A stretch of DNA of 5,545 bases. Origin: a virus (taxonomy: Duplodnaviria; Heunggongvirae; Uroviricota; Caudoviricetes). Below the pieces are notes generated by a model. It had not been told where the DNA came from. It made no database searches and saw only the letters and a list, made by a program, of their open reading frames with translations. Positions within the stretch are counted from its first letter, which is position 1; the number at the start of each line of letters is the position of its first letter. The stretch is taken from the IMG/VR virus record IMGVR_UViG_2529292726_000016. One strand, written 5' to 3'. The translations under genes were made by a program, and so were the position numbers. Positions 1-5,545 of the stretch are shown here, piece by piece.

Positions 1-141
1 CAGCGAAGGCAGTAACAAGCGCGACTTGATGTCGCACTGAAGGGTGCGGCCAGTATAGTTGGCGCGAGTCGGCAAAACTAGTTGACGTCTAATATCGGCA
101 ACTTTGGCGGCTTCCTTTCCATTAACAAACTTTCGCAGTAA
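1..141 (+). other. Possible 3' remnant of the upstream tail gene (gpL-like tail tip protein); not open in any forward frame across this stretch
   Basis: Frame 1 has TAA at 13..15 and TAG at 79..81, then a 19-codon open stretch (LTSNIGNFGGFLSINKLSQ) ending at TAA 139..141, 5 nt before the K ATG. Frame 2 stops at 38..40, 56..58 and 83..85; frame 3 stops at 27..29 and 90..92. The terminal peptide resembles what I recall of the lambda gpL C-terminus, and frame 3 encodes CRTEGCGQ (gpL-type proteins have C-terminal cysteines), but I cannot verify either. Confidence 0.3.
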
Positions 142-146
142 ATCCC

Positions 147-890
147 ATGACACAGACAGAATCAGCGATTCTGGCGCACGCCCGGCGATGTGCGCCAGCG
201 GAGTCGTGCGGCTTCGTGGTAAGCACGCCGGAGGGGGAAAGATATTTCCCCTGCGTGAATATCTCCGGTGAGCCGGAGGCGTATTTCCGTATGTCGCCGG
301 AAGACTGGCTGCAGGCAGAAATGCAGGGTGAGATTGTGGCGCTGGTCCACAGCCACCCCGGTGGTCTGCCCTGGCTGAGTGAGGCCGACCGGCGGCTGCA
401 GGTGCAGAGTGATTTGCCGTGGTGGCTGGTCTGCCGGGGGGCGATTCACAAGTTCCGCTGTGTGCCGCATCTTACCGGGCGGTGCTTTGAGCACGGGGTG
501 ACGGACTGTTACACGCTGTTCCGGGATGCTTATCATCTGGCGGGGATTGAGATGCCGGATTTTCATCGCGAGGATGACTGGTGGCGTCACGGTCAGAATC
601 TCTATCTGGATAATCTGGAGGCCACGGGGCTGTATCAGGTGCCGTTGTCAGCAGCACAGCCGGGCGATGTGCTGCTGTGCTGTTTTGGTTCATCGGTGCC
701 GAATCATGCCGCCATTTACTGTGGTGATGGCGAGCTGCTGCACCATATTCCTGAACAACTGAGCAAACGAGAGAGGTACACCGACAAATGGCAGCGACGC
801 ACACACTCCCTCTGGCGTCACCGGGCATGGCGCGCATCTGCCTTTACGGGGATTTACAACGATTTGGTCGCCGCATCGACCTTCGTGTGA
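147..890 (+). CDS. K: Tail tip assembly protein K (JAB/MPN metallopeptidase plus NlpC/P60 cysteine peptidase), long form
   Basis: ORF 147..890, 247 aa, TGA stop at 888..890. Complete JAMM signature H68-x-H70-x7-S78-x2-D81 (HSHPGGLPWLSEAD, nt 348..389) with a candidate upstream Glu (E19). Downstream is an NlpC/P60-like region with candidate catalytic Cys121 (GVTDCYTLF) and His residues (PNHAAIYCGDGELLHH). Start is uncertain: ATG 147 has no clear SD but lies 5 nt after a TAA; internal ATG 291 (MSPEDW) has GGAGG at 275..279 and would give the 199-aa form annotated in lambda, which lacks the N-terminal part of the JAB fold. Confidence 0.9.
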   Translation: MTQTESAILAHARRCAPAESCGFVVSTPEGERYFPCVNISGEPEAYFRMSPEDWLQAEMQGEIVALVHSHPGGLPWLSEADRRLQVQSDLPWWLVCRGAIHKFRCVPHLTGRCFEHGVTDCYTLFRDAYHLAGIEMPDFHREDDWWRHGQNLYLDNLEATGLYQVPLSAAQPGDVLLCCFGSSVPNHAAIYCGDGELLHHIPEQLSKRERYTDKWQRRTHSLWRHRAWRASAFTGIYNDLVAASTFV

Positions 891-1459
891 AAACGGGGGC
901 TGAAGCCATCCGGGCACTGGCCACACAGCTCCCGGCGTTTCGTCAGAAACTGAGCGACGGCTGGTATCAGGTACGGATTGCCGGGCGGGACGTCAGCACG
1001 TCCGGGTTAACGGCGCAGTTACATGAGACTCTGCCTGATGGCGCTGTGATTCATATTGTTCCCAGAGTCGCCGGGGCCAAGTCAGGGGGCGTATTCCAGA
1101 TTGTCCTGGGGGCTGCCGCCATTGCCGGATCATTCTTTACCGCCGGAGCCACCCTTGCAGCATGGGGGGCAGCCATTGGGGCCGGTGGTATGACCGGCAT
1201 CCTGTTTTCTCTCGGTGCCAGTATGGTGCTCGGTGGTGTGGCGCAGATGCTGGCACCGAAAGCCAGAACTCCCCGTACACAGACAACGGATAACGGCAAA
1301 CAGAACACCTATTTCTCCTCCCTGGATAACATGGTTGCCCAGAGCAATGTTCTGCCCGTTCTGTACGGTGAAATGCGCGTGGGGTCACGGGTGGTTTCTC
1401 AGGAGATCAGCACGGCAGACGAAGGGGACGGTGGTCAGGTTGTGGTGATTGGTCGCTGA
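788..1459 (+). CDS. I: Tail assembly protein I (N-terminal ubiquitin-like beta-grasp domain ending in Gly-Gly, then hydrophobic Gly/Ala-rich segment)
   Basis: ORF 788..1459, 223 aa, TGA at 1457..1459, the same length as lambda gpI. RBS-like GAGAGG at 771..776. Residues 14-101 end in ...HIVPRVAGAKSGG (Gly-Gly codons at 1085..1090). Next comes a roughly 55-residue hydrophobic stretch with repeated GxxxG/AxxxG spacing (VFQIVLGAAAIAGSFFTAGATLAAWGAAIGAGGMTGILFSLGASMVLGG), then a polar C-terminal tail. The 5' end overlaps the K 3' end by 103 nt in a different frame. Confidence 0.9.
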   Translation: MAATHTLPLASPGMARICLYGDLQRFGRRIDLRVKTGAEAIRALATQLPAFRQKLSDGWYQVRIAGRDVSTSGLTAQLHETLPDGAVIHIVPRVAGAKSGGVFQIVLGAAAIAGSFFTAGATLAAWGAAIGAGGMTGILFSLGASMVLGGVAQMLAPKARTPRTQTTDNGKQNTYFSSLDNMVAQSNVLPVLYGEMRVGSRVVSQEISTADEGDGGQVVVIGR

Positions 1460-1477
1460 TGCAAAATGTTTTATGTG

Positions 1478-1500
1478 AAACCGCCTGCGGGCGGTTTTGT
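1478..1500 (+). promoter_or_regulatory. Stem-loop in the I-J intergenic region (weak terminator or attenuator-like, or an mRNA structural element)
   Basis: Perfect inverted repeat AAACCGCC (1478..1485) / GGCGGTTT (1490..1497) around loop TGCG, followed by T-rich sequence (ttttgtcgttt). It lies between the I stop (1459) and the J RBS (GGAG 1508..1511, ATG 1520). Confidence 0.4.
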
Positions 1501-1519
1501 CGTTTATGGAGCGTGAGGA

Positions 1520-2515
1520 ATGGGTAAAGGCAGCAGTAAGGGGCATACCCCGCGCGAAGCGAAGGACAACCTGAAGTCCACGCAGTTGCTGAGTGTGATT
1601 GATGCCATCAGCGAAGGGCCGATTGAAGGTCCGGTGGATGGATTAAAAAGCGTGCTGCTGAACAGTACGCCAGTGCTGGACAGTGAGGGGAATACCAATA
1701 TCTCCGGCGTCACGGTGGTGTTCCGGGCAGGTGAGCAGGAGCAGACACCGCCGGAGGGATTTGAATCCTCCGGCTCCGAGACGGTGCTGGGTACGGAAGT
1801 GAAGTACGACACGCCGATTACCCGGACCATCACGTCTGCAAACATCGACCGTCTGCGCTTTACCTTCGGTGTGCAGGCACTGGTGGAAACCACCTCAAAG
1901 GGGGACCGGAATCCGTCGGAAGTCCGCCTGCTGGTTCAGATACAGCGTAACGGTGGCTGGGTGACGGAAAAAGACATCACCATTAAAGGCAAAACCACCT
2001 CGCAGTATCTGGCCTCGGTGGTGGTGGATAACCTGCCGCCGCGCCCGTTCAACATCCGGATGCGCAGGATGACGCCGGACAGCACCACAGACCAGCTGCA
2101 GAACAAAACGCTCTGGTCGTCATACACCGAAATCATCGATGTGAAACAGTGCTACCCGAACACGGCACTGGTCGGCGTGCAGGTGGACTCGGAGCAGTTC
2201 GGCAGCCAGCAGGTGAGCCGTAATTATCATCTTCGCGGGCGCATTCTGCAGGTGCCGTCGAACTATAACCCGCAGACGCGGCAATACAGCGGTATCTGGG
2301 ACGGAACGTTTAAGCCGGCATACAGCAACAACCCGGCCTGGTGTCTGTGGGATATGCTGACCCACCCGCGCTACGGCATGGGGAAACGTCTTGGTGCGGC
2401 GGATGTGGATAAATGGGCGCTGTATGTCATCGGCCAGTACTGCGACCAGTCAGTGCCGGACGGTTTTGGCGGCACGGAGCCGCGCATCACCTGTAATGCC
2501 TGGCTGACCACGTAG
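1520..2515 (+). CDS. J: J N-terminal fragment (331 aa) ending at the in-frame amber codon
   Basis: ORF from the track, MGKGSSKGHTPREAKDNLKSTQLLSVIDAISEGPIEGP..., the conserved N-terminus of lambda-family J proteins. Terminates at TAG 2513..2515. Confidence 0.8.
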   Translation: MGKGSSKGHTPREAKDNLKSTQLLSVIDAISEGPIEGPVDGLKSVLLNSTPVLDSEGNTNISGVTVVFRAGEQEQTPPEGFESSGSETVLGTEVKYDTPITRTITSANIDRLRFTFGVQALVETTSKGDRNPSEVRLLVQIQRNGGWVTEKDITIKGKTTSQYLASVVVDNLPPRPFNIRMRRMTPDSTTDQLQNKTLWSSYTEIIDVKQCYPNTALVGVQVDSEQFGSQQVSRNYHLRGRILQVPSNYNPQTRQYSGIWDGTFKPAYSNNPAWCLWDMLTHPRYGMGKRLGAADVDKWALYVIGQYCDQSVPDGFGGTEPRITCNAWLTT

Positions 2516-4918
<2,403 letters not shown>

Positions 4919-4935
4919 ATTTTATAACCCAGAAC

Positions 4936-4963
4936 GGGCGTCAGAAATGACGCCTTTTTTATT
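4936..4963 (+). terminator. Rho-independent terminator between J and lom
   Basis: Perfect 7-bp GC-rich stem GGCGTCA (4937..4943) / TGACGCC (4948..4954) with GAAA tetraloop, immediately followed by TTTTTTATT (4955..4963). It sits 18 nt downstream of the J stop. Confidence 0.75.
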
Positions 4964-4984
4964 GCAGAAAAGCGAGAGGTAATT

Positions 4985-5545
4985 ATGCGTAAACTTTATG
5001 CCGCCATTTTGTCCGCAGCCATTTGTCTGGCCGTATCCGGTGCGCCTGCATGGGCGTCTGAACATCAGTCCACGCTGAGCGCTGGGTATCTTCATGCCCG
5101 GACGAACGTTCCCGGCAGTGATGATCTGAACGGGATTAACGTGAAATACCGTTATGAGTTTACGGACACACTGGGGCTGGTTACGTCATTCAGCTATGCA
5201 GGAGACAAGAATCGCCAGCTGACCCATTACAGCGATACCCGCTGGCATGAAGATTCCGTGCGTAACCGCTGGTTCAGCGTGATGGCGGGGCCGTCTGTAC
5301 GCGTGAATGAATGGTTCAGCGCGTATGCGATGGCAGGCGTGGCTTACAGCCGTGTGTCGACTTTCTCCGGGGATTATCTCCGCGTAACTGACAACAAGGG
5401 GAAAACGCACGATGTGCTGACCGGAAGTGATGACGGTCGCCACAGCAACACGTCTCTGGCGTGGGGGGCTGGCGTGCAGTTTAACCCGACCGAATCCGTG
5501 GCCATTGATATTGCTTATGAAGGCTCCGGCAGTGGCGACTGGCGC
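4985..5545 (+). CDS. lom: Lom outer-membrane protein (Ail/Lom/PagC/OmpX family beta-barrel), 5' partial, runs off the window end
   Basis: ATG at 4985 with SD GAGAGG (4973..4978). The frame is open to the window end (187 codons): MRKLYAAILSAAICLAVSGAPAWA|SEHQSTLSAGYLHARTNVPGSDDLNGINVKYRYEFTDTLGLVTSFSYAGDKNRQL.... It has a typical Sec signal peptide with an AWA-S cleavage site and alternating aromatic/hydrophobic beta-strand patterns, and matches lambda Lom as I recall it. It is absent from the ORF track only because no stop falls inside the window. Confidence 0.92.
   Translation, partial: MRKLYAAILSAAICLAVSGAPAWASEHQSTLSAGYLHARTNVPGSDDLNGINVKYRYEFTDTLGLVTSFSYAGDKNRQLTHYSDTRWHEDSVRNRWFSVMAGPSVRVNEWFSAYAMAGVAYSRVSTFSGDYLRVTDNKGKTHDVLTGSDDGRHSNTSLAWGAGVQFNPTESVAIDIAYEGSGSGDWR

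Noticed and set aside
162-926. Overlapping ORFs inside K (162..590 -, 472..837 -, 526..762 +, 690..926 -)
   Set aside because: All are embedded in the well-supported K/I coding region, have Arg/Cys/Pro-rich implausible translations, and lack RBS or motifs. They are frame artifacts.
1051-1448. ORFs inside I (1051..1308 -, 1137..1388 -, 1215..1448 +)
   Set aside because: They are nested within the I coding sequence, in alternative frames or antisense, with no independent support.
1504-2365. Minus-strand ORFs antisense to the J N-terminal region (1504..1893, 1936..2136, 2120..2365)
   Set aside because: Antisense to a strongly supported gene, with no RBS or motif content.
2513-2515. Alternative genetic code (TAG reassigned to an amino acid) as the explanation for the in-frame TAG in J
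   Set aside because: There is only one in-frame TAG in more than 5 kb of coding sequence. K, I and J all end in TGA, and the sequence is clearly enterobacterial lambdoid, where stop-codon recoding is not known. A point mutation, suppressible amber allele or sequencing error is far more likely.
4921-4984. Sigma-70 promoter for lom in the J-lom spacer (TATAAC at 4923..4928; TTGCAG at 4962..4967)
   Set aside because: Neither hexamer has a partner at proper 16-18 bp spacing, so there is no convincing -35/-10 pair. The lom promoter cannot be assigned from sequence alone.
5186-5443. 85-aa minus-strand ORF inside lom
   Set aside because: Antisense to the clearly recognisable lom coding sequence, with no start context.

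Overview
This window is a lambda-like (lambdoid) phage or prophage tail-tip module, all on the + strand, with the gene order and lengths of phage lambda K-I-J-lom. It contains K (147..890, a JAB/MPN plus NlpC/P60 two-domain peptidase), I (788..1459, ubiquitin-like domain ending in Gly-Gly plus a hydrophobic glycine-zipper segment, overlapping K by 103 nt), J (1520..4918, tail tip/central fibre host-specificity protein) and a 5' partial lom (4985..5545, Ail/Lom outer-membrane protein with signal peptide). The main anomaly is that J is split by a single in-frame TAG at 2513..2515; both halves share one frame and together equal a full-length J, so this is an amber/nonsense allele, a pseudogene or a sequencing error. 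The first 141 nt, where the 3' end of an L-like gene would be expected, carry stops in all three forward frames. A strong intrinsic terminator separates J from lom, and a weaker stem-loop lies between I and J. I see no support for tRNA, CRISPR, IS elements or minus-strand genes. This is a well-characterised module rather than a new system; the points worth following up are the J amber codon, the K start ambiguity and the state of the upstream gene end. All homology statements are from memory and pattern reading, not from a search.
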